Origin: an uncultured Bacteroidota bacterium
GTDB lineage: Bacteria > Bacteroidota > Bacteroidia > Chitinophagales > Chitinophagaceae
Reading direction: 5' to 3'
Assembly (NCBI GenBank): GCA_963757315.1
Contig: CAVWRD010000011.1
Coordinates: 1,613,682-1,677,681 of the forward strand
DNA length: 64,000 nt
A program made the translations under genes and the position numbers. The notes under the pieces were generated by a model. It was not told where the DNA came from, searched no databases, and saw nothing but the letters and a program-made list of their open reading frames with translations. Positions 21,395-31,800 of this stretch are shown here, piece after piece. Each line of letters opens with the position of its first letter. Positions within the stretch are counted from its first letter, which is position 1.

Positions 21395-22280
21395 ATGAAA
21401 TCCAGCATGTCACCTTTTCGGGTAGTGGTTACAGGTGGCGATGGCCAGCTTGGAAATGAAATTGCAAAAATCGCAAGTGAATCCCAAGGTTTTCAATTTA
21501 CATTTCTATCGCGAAAAGAATTCCCACTTGAAAATTTTGATTTGATAACAGAATGGTTGAATCAAAATCCGGTAGACATCTTTATCCACTGTGCCGCGTA
21601 TACGGCGGTTGATAAAGCCGAATCCGAAAGAGAAAAAGTATTCAGAATAAATGCGGAAGCTCCGGGCCTCATCGCTTCTTCTATAGCCAGGACAAATTCC
21701 CGGCTCATTTATATTTCAACAGACTACGTATTTGATGGTACTTCTTCAAGCCCTCTGAAAGAGGATGCTTTAACTAGTCCCTTAAACATTTATGGCGCTT
21801 CAAAATTGGAGGGTGAACGACTTGTTAGCAGCAATAATCCCTTGACTCAAATAATTCGTACGTCCTGGCTCTATTCTGAGTTTGGAAATAATTTTGTGAA
21901 AACAATGCTTCGTCTAATGAAAGAAAGACATTCACTGAATATAGTGAATGATCAACAGGGGATCGCCCACTTATGCCGGAGATCTAGCCATAGCTATAAT
22001 GAAAATTTTAGAAACCGACCATTTCGAGCCAGGAATCTTTCATTTTAGTAATGAAGGTGAAGCAACCTGGTACGAATTTGCGCTGGAGATAAAAAAATTA
22101 ACCGGGATAAATTGTAACATTTTACCGATACCAACATCGGAATTTCCAACTCCTGCCAAGCGTCCGGCGTATTCCTTATTGGATAGTTCCAAAATAAAAA
22201 AAGAATACAACCTGATCATTCCTGATTGGCAAAACAGCCTTGCATATTGTCTTGAGGTATTAAAAAAAGGAAAAATGTAG
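21395..22280 (+). pseudogene. rfbD: dTDP-4-dehydrorhamnose reductase, split by a +1 frameshift at a G4 run (21958..21961)
   Basis: Two overlapping ORFs (21395..22048 and 21948..22280). VNDQQG in frame 1 continues as SPTYAGDLA in frame 2. A GGG run instead of GGGG restores VNDQQGSPTYAGDLA. YGASKLEGE is the active site. Confidence 0.8.
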
Positions 22281-22302
22281 AATTTGCTATACTCTTTATC
22301 TT

Positions 22303-22563
22303 TTATTTGGCAAATTTGGTTTGGTTTAATCGATCGGGTTTTAATCCGATAACCGGTGTATCGCTCGCGTTTTCATGGATGCCATAAAGCAGCTCTTCAT
22401 TTAAGTCGAGAACATCTTTTTGCAAACCATAGATTTCGTGAGTGAGTTTCTTCACTTTTTTTATACCTATGAGATAACCTATCGAAAAAATAAAAAGACC
22501 GGCAACACCAACATCCAGCATATTTAGCTGTATAGCCTTAAGCAAATCGATTACTGTTTCCAT
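22303..22563 (-). CDS. hypothetical small membrane protein
   Basis: 86 aa with one TM segment (VGVAGLFIFSIGYLIGI). Confidence 0.4.
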   Translation of the reverse strand: METVIDLLKAIQLNMLDVGVAGLFIFSIGYLIGIKKVKKLTHEIYGLQKDVLDLNEELLYGIHENASDTPVIGLKPDRLNQTKFAK

Positions 22564-23023
22564 AAATTTTATTTTAAACAGGATTGGATTAAATACACTT
22601 TAAAAGTACCTTTCGGAAGCCATATCTACAACGCAAAAACACCTGCTTTATTAACCGTACTTTTACGAATTTCTTTTTACCCTTTTCATCTATTATGAGA
22701 TAATTTATTAACTATCAAATAATTACATAGCACTATTTTTAGTACTTTAAATGTGGCTACCAGAAACCGATGCTAAAATCTAAAAGCATTCATTCTTGCT
22801 ATTCCAAGCTGCCAAACTCAGTGACTCAACGATTGAAATTCAGATTTTCGGTTGTAAAACAACCGGGGTCGATCAAGCACTTATTGCAAAACCAATAACT
22901 AACCAGGATTTTCTCATTTCCTGATGATTTGAAATCGATGATGTATTTACATTTTAACCAGGCAGAAATATCCTTTATAAGCAATAAGCCCCTACTTCAA
23001 GTACATGAAATAAAGGCTTTATG

Positions 23024-23094
23024 TTGCCTGACCTGGATTCGAACCAAGACAAACAGAGTCAGAGTCTGTCGTACTACCGTTATACTATCAGGCA
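23024..23094 (-). tRNA. tRNA-Gln (anticodon CUG)
   Basis: Hand-folded cloverleaf: acceptor TGCCTGA/TCAGGCA, anticodon arm ACAGA-CTCTGAC-TCTGT, T-arm CTTGG-TTCGAAT-CCAGG. No encoded CCA. Confidence 0.88.
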
Positions 23095-23133
23095 GTTTGA
23101 GTTTAAAGAATTAAATTCCTTTATTTTAGGTTG

Positions 23134-23141
23134 CAAAGATA
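23134..23141 (-). promoter_or_regulatory. Bacteroidota -7 box TATCTTTG upstream of tRNA-Gln(CUG)
   Basis: Minus strand reads gttATCTTTGcaacc with TAnnTTTG, about 40 nt upstream of the tRNA 5' end. Confidence 0.4.
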
Positions 23142-23204
23142 ACTTAGGGAGCTGAATTTTACCCAAATAAAATATACAAACCCTCATCAGATGGGTATCA
23201 ATGT

Positions 23205-23810
23205 ATGAATAAAAAAAGCAGATTTTCGGATACGGAGCTTTTGGAGGCGATAAATGAAAAAGATTTGCTGGAACAGGCGATTTTACAGCTCTATCAGGAT
23301 CATTTAGAAGCAACAAAAGCTTTTATAATGACTAAAGGTGGTACGAAACAGGATGCCGATGATATCTTCCAGGAAACCATAGTTTCATTTATAGATTGCG
23401 TTCAAAAGAATAAATTCAGGCAGGAGTCGGGCATCAGGACTTTTTTGATTTCAATTTCCAAGAACCTTTGGTACAACGAAATTAGAAAAAGAGATAGAGC
23501 AGGACGCCGGGAAATAATTTTTGAAATGGACCGTGATCAACCAGAAGCAGCGGTCATTGAGACTATTCAATATCGGGAAATGAAAAAGGAATTAAATCAA
23601 CTACTTCAGGATTTGGGAGATTCATGCAGGAAAATTCTCGAATTGTTTTACTATGAGAATTTATCAATGAAAGAGATTGTTGATCATTTACATTACGAAA
23701 ATGAGCAGGTTGTTAGAAATAAAAAATATAAATGCCTCAGCCAGCTGACGGAAAAGATGAAGAACAATCCCTTGATAAAAGAAAAAATAACCGAACTGAT
23801 TTCCAGATAA
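23205..23810 (+). CDS. ECF-type RNA polymerase sigma-70 factor
   Basis: 201 aa. Region 2 (DADDIFQETIVSFI, WYNEIRKR) and region 4 HTH (ENLSMKEIVDHL). Confidence 0.9.
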   Translation: MNKKSRFSDTELLEAINEKDLLEQAILQLYQDHLEATKAFIMTKGGTKQDADDIFQETIVSFIDCVQKNKFRQESGIRTFLISISKNLWYNEIRKRDRAGRREIIFEMDRDQPEAAVIETIQYREMKKELNQLLQDLGDSCRKILELFYYENLSMKEIVDHLHYENEQVVRNKKYKCLSQLTEKMKNNPLIKEKITELISR

Positions 23811-23871
23811 TGGCGTCTCTGAAACCGTTTAGAAAGTTTTAGACAATGTCATTTTGTAATCCCGTTATCGA

Positions 23872-26655
23872 CTATGAAATTCGTCGGCTTTTCGCGACTT
23901 TTTTTCTCAAGATTAATAAAATGATACCGCTTCCCGTTATGAATGCAAGCCAAATCGGGGTTTGCTTTTTTGCATACAAGCTACATGGATTACCTGTAAG
24001 AACAATATGCGACCAGTAAGCCGGATCTCTCTTTATCGGATTATTCCTTATAAAATCCAGTTTGGCCTTTTGTAGTGCCTTTGATTTTGAATTTCCCGCT
24101 TTCAGATAACCATAGAACGACTTAAAAATCTCCGCTGTTGAATGATCATCAGCTTTCCAGAGCGTATTGATAGTGCTTGGGCAACCTGCATACAGGAAAG
24201 CACGCGCAAAACTCATTACCCCCTCATTCTTTACAAGTTCGCCTCTTCCGGTTTCACAGGCACTGATAACCATCATCTGGCAACTGTCCAGCCGGAGAGA
24301 GTAAATTTCATCCAAAAACAGAAAATCCTCCGATCGTATGCCTGTGATAGGGAAAAAAGCAATGTAAGAAGCAGACGGATTTTCCAGATCTGTAATCGCG
24401 TGGGTTGCCAGATGTACGATTGGATATAGATTCAGATTACTGATAAATTCTTTCTTTGTCGCCTGCCGATCTTCAAAACGTTTCCCGGTTAATTCTGATA
24501 TTTCATCTCTGGAATATGGCAATTTTTCAAGCCAGCCCATTCCTTCTGTCTTCCCATCAGCAGCCCTTTGCGAAAAAGGTGCAAATGAAAGCACGGGCTC
24601 TTGTAAAGAATGTCCATAAATACGTCCTTTATTTTCAATAAGAAATCTGGCAGAAAATTCGTAACTGATTGCATGTTTTTCAAGAATCAGGGTTCCCTTA
24701 TTGTCAGCTGGCAGAGACTCTATCGGAAGAAGAAAAAACAGGCCGTCGGGTATAATAATCCACTCCTCTTTTTCGCCTGCCAATCCAATGATTGGTTTCA
24801 TCAATTGTTCATAAATGCTTTCTTTCAATTCTAAATTATTTTTATGCCTTCCGCTTTCTGTATTCTGCAGGTTTTGTATCCAGGAATGTATATCACTCCG
24901 AATTTTCTCACCGCTACCGATTTCAACTTGTTGCAGAGATGCTTTTGTTAATACAAATACTTCTATTTTTCCAGGTAAATTACAAAAACTGATGAGTGCC
25001 TGATTAGCGCCAATAGCTTCTTTTAGATGTTCAATGGAAGGAAAATCATCCGAATATTTCAACTTATAAAAGCTTTTATCTCCCTCCATTTTTCTGCGTA
25101 GGGTTACTAACTGCGTTTCGTAAGCCGACTTTTCACTATTTATTTTTTGCAAAGTCAGATCATCCAATTCCTCATCCGCCCTGGAATTTAAACGTGCGAT
25201 ATTAAATTTTATATTTCGCTCCTGCCCCGCCAGGTCTTCACCAGACCTGTCAGATCTGAGAAAATTGCTTTCCCTGAGCTGAGAATTCATAATGGATGCC
25301 TTATTCTTCTCTGTGATTAAGAAAGCGGCTTCTTTGAATTCCGCTTTCGGGAATAATTTGTTTAATTCAAGACAGACAGTCAATGCATTCGTATATACTT
25401 CTCCGCTTTTTTGTTTCAACAGTATTTTAGCATCGTCCATTTCATAACTTTTTTCAATATAAGAAAGGAGTGAAATGGTTGATTGATAGGTATCAAAAGC
25501 AGACTTGAGGTCATCCGGATTGGATGTCTTTTTATATTCTATTTCCCAGGCAGTCGCTTTTTTAACAAGCACTTCAAAAAGTCTGTAATAGGCAAATGAT
25601 CCATTGAAGCTTACGGGATTCTTTCGGATATCACGACTTGTAAAATTTCCCGAAAAAATAATCAGTGATTTCTGCAGGTGGCTGAGTGCGGATTCCGGAC
25701 GCTTCAGAAAAATATCCAGGTCGCCTGAATAAAGTTCATTTACCCCATCGTCCAGGTCATTTGTGTGTAGTGCTTTTTTCATATCCTGAAACTGATGTAA
25801 CCAGACAGACGCGGAAAGAGTATCCCCCATGTCAAGGGCGGTTCTTGCCATTTCATTTAAAACCCCCGGTACCGCCGTAATTTTTACTTTTTTGAAAGAA
25901 GTCAAAGCTGACTGATATTGATGCAGACCCGCATATGCCCGACCCATATTCATATATAACGGATCCGGTAATAACTGATATTTCAGAATTTTAATGTAGA
26001 GCTTCAGTGCCTGTTCATATAAACCAAGCTTATAATAACAAGTTGCCATATTCAATTGTAAACTATATGCAAAAACATCAGCCGGATTTTTTGTTTCAAT
26101 CAAACGTAGAGCCTGCGTGAAATAATTTTTACTCTGAAGGTAATTTCCATTATCATAGTACATAACACCGAGAGTATTAAACAACCTTACACGGTCTTCG
26201 AAAGTACCTCCCTCATCAGTACTTTCTTCTGCACGCAAAAGAAAAAAACTTGCTGAATCAAAATTATTCAGATTATAATACCCTGAACCCGCCAGCACAT
26301 TCAAACTGAATTGTTCTGCTGGATTCTTTGAATATTTCATTGCATTCCGGTAAGATATTGTGGCCTTGTAATAATCTTTATACACGTCACTCATTATGCC
26401 CAGTTTATAATTGGCCTGGTAAAGAAGACTGTCCGTCAATCTGGACATTGGCAAACTACTTAACTCAGAAATGACTTTATTGAATCCTTCCATGCAAGCG
26501 CTATCCATTGCCGGGGTATTATGCGTGGAATAGAATAGATGGTCCGCTCGGTCAAATGCTGAAAGAATGGACTTTAAAGGCCGTCCTGGAGAATACTGTT
26601 TAAATGACAAGATTAACAGGAAAGAGAGGGTCACAAAAAAAGCTTTCCCGGACAT
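23872..26655 (-). CDS. TPR-repeat CHAT-domain (caspase-like, clan CD) protein with signal-like N-terminus and C-terminal TM anchor
   Basis: CHAT dyad motifs VHLATHA (His752) and VISACETG (Cys800, tgt at 24256..24258 minus). TLWKADD motif. TPR-like repeats in the N-terminal third. Terminal helix IWLAFITGSGIILLIL plus a KKVAKSRRIS tail. Confidence 0.88.
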   Translation of the reverse strand: MSGKAFFVTLSFLLILSFKQYSPGRPLKSILSAFDRADHLFYSTHNTPAMDSACMEGFNKVISELSSLPMSRLTDSLLYQANYKLGIMSDVYKDYYKATISYRNAMKYSKNPAEQFSLNVLAGSGYYNLNNFDSASFFLLRAEESTDEGGTFEDRVRLFNTLGVMYYDNGNYLQSKNYFTQALRLIETKNPADVFAYSLQLNMATCYYKLGLYEQALKLYIKILKYQLLPDPLYMNMGRAYAGLHQYQSALTSFKKVKITAVPGVLNEMARTALDMGDTLSASVWLHQFQDMKKALHTNDLDDGVNELYSGDLDIFLKRPESALSHLQKSLIIFSGNFTSRDIRKNPVSFNGSFAYYRLFEVLVKKATAWEIEYKKTSNPDDLKSAFDTYQSTISLLSYIEKSYEMDDAKILLKQKSGEVYTNALTVCLELNKLFPKAEFKEAAFLITEKNKASIMNSQLRESNFLRSDRSGEDLAGQERNIKFNIARLNSRADEELDDLTLQKINSEKSAYETQLVTLRRKMEGDKSFYKLKYSDDFPSIEHLKEAIGANQALISFCNLPGKIEVFVLTKASLQQVEIGSGEKIRSDIHSWIQNLQNTESGRHKNNLELKESIYEQLMKPIIGLAGEKEEWIIIPDGLFFLLPIESLPADNKGTLILEKHAISYEFSARFLIENKGRIYGHSLQEPVLSFAPFSQRAADGKTEGMGWLEKLPYSRDEISELTGKRFEDRQATKKEFISNLNLYPIVHLATHAITDLENPSASYIAFFPITGIRSEDFLFLDEIYSLRLDSCQMMVISACETGRGELVKNEGVMSFARAFLYAGCPSTINTLWKADDHSTAEIFKSFYGYLKAGNSKSKALQKAKLDFIRNNPIKRDPAYWSHIVLTGNPCSLYAKKQTPIWLAFITGSGIILLILRKKVAKSRRIS

Positions 26656-26721
26656 AAACAGATTTTAAGTAGCTCTGTTTTAACGTCCGGGAAAGCTCAA
26701 TATTGTTGGACTGAAAAGGGG

Positions 26722-27606
26722 TTAGTTATTATCCCTTACAATAATAATGAGTGGAGGTCTGGGTGAAGGACCTTTACTCAAAAGCAGGTTATCCAGTGTA
26801 TTTATAAGGTTGTTGGTAATTGAAGACAGCACACCAGACGGAATATCCGATCTATGGTTATAAAAGACTAACTGCAACTGTATCTTTTGATCCGCATAAT
26901 TACTAGCATCATTCAACCAATAATAGATAGTCGTATTCACGGTAGTGCCATTTAATGGAAGAAGACCAAACAAACTCTTTTTCATCGTTTGCTGCAAATC
27001 AATATTTCCGGTATGCTGATCTATTACAATGCCCTGGTTCTTTGCATAGTTATTATAATCAAACTGGCATCCTTTTCCCTGGTTTGTCAGACATGGTGAA
27101 GGCCAATTGGGATTAGCATTAAAATAGGGTTTTGCGGTATCGTTTGTTGTAAGCACGTAAACACTATCCATATACGCCGCACCCCCTACAATCAACTGGG
27201 ACATACAAGTATCAGTAGTTCCATTTTTCACAAATGCAACTGAATACCGCTGACCGGTTTCCGACTGGGTTAAATCGATTGCCCCAGTGTTTGGATTCAA
27301 ACTCAATCCACCAGGCCAGGATAAATAAGTACCCTGGATACCCTGATTATTTTGTTGAAACACATAATAGTCTCCGTTTGATTGGGGTTCGGGGTAAACG
27401 ATGGAGTCTCCATAATCTGGCGCAAAATTACATTCCTGGACCGGACTAACCGGATATGGAACCGGTGGTGGAACCGAGAGTGTCGTATCGTGCGGAATAC
27501 TTACAGTTGTATTTGGGCTGGAAGGATCGGCTGATTTCTTGCACGCTATTGCACAGAAAAATGTTATCAGCAGGATCAACGATCCTTTGTAAAGATTTTG
27601 TTTCAT
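26722..27606 (-). CDS. hypothetical lipoprotein
   Basis: Signal peptide with a lipobox-like FFCAIAC. Pro-rich linker. Internal repeat NPNTGAIDLTQS / DQHTGNIDLQQT. Confidence 0.6.
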   Translation of the reverse strand: MKQNLYKGSLILLITFFCAIACKKSADPSSPNTTVSIPHDTTLSVPPPVPYPVSPVQECNFAPDYGDSIVYPEPQSNGDYYVFQQNNQGIQGTYLSWPGGLSLNPNTGAIDLTQSETGQRYSVAFVKNGTTDTCMSQLIVGGAAYMDSVYVLTTNDTAKPYFNANPNWPSPCLTNQGKGCQFDYNNYAKNQGIVIDQHTGNIDLQQTMKKSLFGLLPLNGTTVNTTIYYWLNDASNYADQKIQLQLVFYNHRSDIPSGVLSSITNNLINTLDNLLLSKGPSPRPPLIIIVRDNN

Positions 27607-27754
27607 GGGTATCAGGGATCTGGTTTATGGAACACAAGATAATCGGAAAACCCGGCAGATGCAAGTGTTTCCGCGTAAAACTGGTCGAGAGACTTAGTAA
27701 AAAATACACGCAGATCCGCGTCCTATTCTGAATAAATTTCCCAATATGGGAAAT

Positions 27755-28798
27755 TTAAAACCGAGGGCATTGCACTTCAGTTCTTGTGCTCCCGTCTGTA
27801 GGTTTTTTAAAGATGTAGATCAGGGAGATTTCAAAACCACCCTGGCTTTGAGAAGCAACTTTAAACCCGGAAACATTTACGTCATAAGTCATACCTAAAT
27901 TAAAACTTCCATAGTCCATTCCAACATAAGGTATAATCGCGTCCGAAACATTATTTGCTCTGGCCCACGCACCAAAATAAATATTTACAACTTTATTTTC
28001 ATCTGTAGTGGCACTCAATTCCAAAGCGCCGCCGAACACAAGTTCACTTGCAGTAAGCTGCTTGTTATAAATAGCACTAACATACCATGTCTTACCCGTG
28101 CTCGCTGATGGGAAATAACCACCTCCATGAACCGTAAGACGTGTCGGCACTGTTATGTTATCCACTCCAAGAAAAGATTCCTTAGGTTGATTAATATGGT
28201 ACATAGCTACACCAAAATACACTTCATTGTTTCCATCGAGTGACCCATTGTACAACGCACCTGCGTTCATGTCAAAATAATTTGCTGTAACCACCTGAAG
28301 ATTTACGGGCTCTGTTGCAGATGGAAGCCAGGTTCCGTCAATTTGAAGACCATCCAGAAAATGAAGTCTCGGACCGTCAAGCGTCCGGTTGGCATAAGTG
28401 CCCTGAAACCCTATGCCTATAGTATGTAATCCATTTTCGTCAATGGTTTTATGATAAGCAGTTGATAATGCAAAATAATTGCTGGTCAATATACCGTTTG
28501 CTGTTTTATCGGTCATTGCCATCATTCCAACTCCCCAGCGATCTCCTTCGCGAAGACTATTTTGAAGTATAGGAAGATCTATAGAAATTGTAGAAGTGAC
28601 ATAAGCCTGATTAACCGTAGGCCATTGATTTCTGTAGTTTCCCGCCACGCGAAGATCTCCGTTAAATTTTCCCGTTAAAGCTGGATTTAGTGTAAGTGGT
28701 GAGGCGAAAAACTGAGAAAAATGAGGATCCTGCGCGGAGACCACGTTCGTTATTAAAACTTGTAAAATGAAAAAATGAATTATCCTTTTCATCATCAA
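27755..28798 (-). CDS. PorP/SprF-family type IX secretion outer-membrane protein
   Basis: Signal peptide followed by the family-typical QDPHFSQFFASPLTLNPALTG. 347 aa, beta-barrel-like composition. Starts 11 nt after a type-B CTD cargo gene. Confidence 0.85.
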   Translation of the reverse strand: MMMKRIIHFFILQVLITNVVSAQDPHFSQFFASPLTLNPALTGKFNGDLRVAGNYRNQWPTVNQAYVTSTISIDLPILQNSLREGDRWGVGMMAMTDKTANGILTSNYFALSTAYHKTIDENGLHTIGIGFQGTYANRTLDGPRLHFLDGLQIDGTWLPSATEPVNLQVVTANYFDMNAGALYNGSLDGNNEVYFGVAMYHINQPKESFLGVDNITVPTRLTVHGGGYFPSASTGKTWYVSAIYNKQLTASELVFGGALELSATTDENKVVNIYFGAWARANNVSDAIIPYVGMDYGSFNLGMTYDVNVSGFKVASQSQGGFEISLIYIFKKPTDGSTRTEVQCPRF

Positions 28799-28809
28799 TT
28801 CTATTGCGC

Positions 28810-31800
28810 TTATCTTACTAATTCAACGGTTCCTTTTAAAACAAAATTTTCTCCAGTAAAACAAATCATTTCAGTGACGTATACATATGTGTCTGAGGGT
28901 TGCGGCATTCCGTTCAGGTTACCATCCCAACCATATTTTTTATCATTCGGTGGAAAATCAGTTCTTGAATACAGGAGCTGCCCCCACCTTGAATAGACCT
29001 GGAATGATTTTACCATTTTTACTCCGCTGCCCGTAGGATAGAAGTAATCGTTGTTCCCATCATTATTCGGGCTGAACGCATTCGCCATATATACTCCACT
29101 TTGTAAACACAATAACTTAATGGTTACTGATGCGGATGAAACACAACCCGTAGCAGTTTTAACAGTAACAGTGTAAGTAGTAGGTGCCAAAGGTGTGCTG
29201 ACTGGCATTGCACAGTCCGTACAACTTAAATAAAGAGGTGGTGTCCAATCCCACGACACAACATCTGCACTTACATTCGGATCAAGCTGAACGTCAGAAC
29301 CTGCTAACACTGGATCGGGCGTTGGTATGCTTACGGCCGGCAACGAGTCAACGGTGACCTTAATGGTTGCTGTATCCAGAAAACATTTGTAGCTGTCTTC
29401 TCCAATGACTGTATAATTCGTAGTAGAAACAGGTCGGGCAATAACGCTATCTCCTTTGGTTGTATTCAAACTACTAGCGGGCGACCAATCATATGTAAAA
29501 GCACCGCTGGCCTGAAGTATCGCAAGTCCTCCTATACAAATTGTTGTATCCGGTGAGTGAAGCATGGGGAAGGGACCAATCACATGCACAGAATCATACG
29601 CCATCGCAGTACACCCAACAGGTGATGTCACCTGGAAAGCGGTGACAAAATCGCCAGGGGTTACATAGTTAAATGTTGGATTCAAAATATTGGAAGTATC
29701 GGTCGAGACACCGGTACCAAAGTCCCAATGATATGTAAGCGGATAACCCAAAGTATCTGCGACAAAACTTACAACATGCGGACCATAAGAAATGGAACCT
29801 ATACCACATAGTGTAACGGGTGGACCCAAAGCTGCAAACAAAGTATCCATTAGTATTTGATGGTCAGATTTGTAAGACATCTGACATCCGGTGGAATCTG
29901 TCAGAATGAGTGCCGGTGTAAATAAACCCGGCAATATATAAGTATGTACAGCTATGGAATCCTGAGTAGTTAATACAGTTCCATCTCCAAAATCCCATGT
30001 ATAAGATCCAATATAACTTGCTGTAGCATGCAGGGTGTCAGCTGCCGGAACACAGGCCTGATCCAGAGTCGAATAAAGTTTGGCAAACGGTCCCTTTACT
30101 GTAATAGTATCATAAGATATTACCGAAATGCCATTCGCTCCGTAACCCGTTAGAGACACGATATAAGTACCTGGTATATCATATTCGTATTTCGGAGTAA
30201 TCTTATTATCTGCCGTTCCCTTACCATCACCAAAATCCCAATGAAGTCCAATTGTATTTACAGGAACCGCAGTAAAATTTACAAACAAGGGTGGGCAACT
30301 GGAATTATTATAGTAATAGGATGAATCGGTAAAGGGCGCGGATATGGTTTGTATCTGTAAAGGCTGAGCCAATGTATCAATACAGGCACCTGCCATAGTT
30401 GGATAAGCAATAAGTGTCATCGTATCGTTACCAACATTCGGAAAAGTTACTGTAATCGAATCGGGATTTGTAAACGTTGCGCCACTACCCGAAATCCGCC
30501 ATAAATATGTAACTCCTGTATTTTTTACCGACGTATTGTAAAACGTAATAGGAAAACCAGGAGTAATTGCTATGGGCTTCCAATAAAAATTTGCCTTAGC
30601 TCCATATATCAATACCTGTGTAACTACGAGTTTTGCTGTGGCCTTACATCCATTGGAATCTGTTACTGTTAATTGTGGATTGTATGTTCCAGGCAGCGCA
30701 TAAAGATGCTGAACCGTATCACCTGTTAGATTTGTAACAGAATTTCCATCACCGAAATTCCACAACCAGGAAATAATTGGAACTCCATTAACTGGTTGAG
30801 AAGAATCTGAAAATATCACCGGCGCGTGATAACATAGCTGATTTTCGTCGCCAAATTTTGCAACCGGGCCAATGATATGGATTGGTATATAATTACTGGT
30901 GTCATAACATCCAAAAAAAGCAGACTTTAAAATAACACGAATACTGTCCTCACCAGCTACCAGTCCTGATACAGTTCCGGAAAAAGAAGTCTTAATAGCA
31001 GTATTACCAGTCGGGTTAAACGTTGTGCCGTCGTTATATTGCCACTTATAAATATTATAGTATGTAGTTGATCCTGTCACTTTACGCTGATAATTAGTAT
31101 CAAGTGTGTTTATGTTAATTGGAAGCGTGGAGCTTGCACAAATGGTATCTTTCGTTGAACTCAATACGGGTTTTTGATTTGCCAATACATAAACTGGAAC
31201 TGGTCCTGTAGTTTGTATACAGGATCCATAAGTAACAATCACGGAAGCAGAATAGACCCCTCCTTTTGGATAATGATGATTTTTGGTGGGTATGTAAACC
31301 AAATCCGTATCGTTCGGCGATCCGTCTCCATAACTCCATACATATTGTGATCCTCCCGAAGGAACAACGGTAAGGGCAGCACTCAACCTGTCACTATCAC
31401 AATTATTTACAACAGTTAGTTTAGGTATTGGTGTTGTTTTAACGAAGCGGGTAATCGTCGACGTGTCACTTTTACAACCCGGACTTGAAGCAATCAGCGT
31501 CATATTGTACGATCCTGAATTCTGATACAGATGCGTATGGTAAATGTTATTATTTATGTCTGATTTGCCGTCGCCGTACAACCATTTGAATTGTGCAGCG
31601 CTGTCATCGAGATTATAAAAAGTTTCCAATTGATTGGTCGTACAGGGAAGAGAATCCTGTGCGGTAAAAATCGCGTGTGGTTTTGGATAAACGATGATCG
31701 TGTCTGATGGGAATGCACCGCCCGAACATCCGTGAATGGTTGTAAAACTCAGGTTAATAATATATGTGCCTGGTTTGGAAAATACATGAATAGGACTGGC

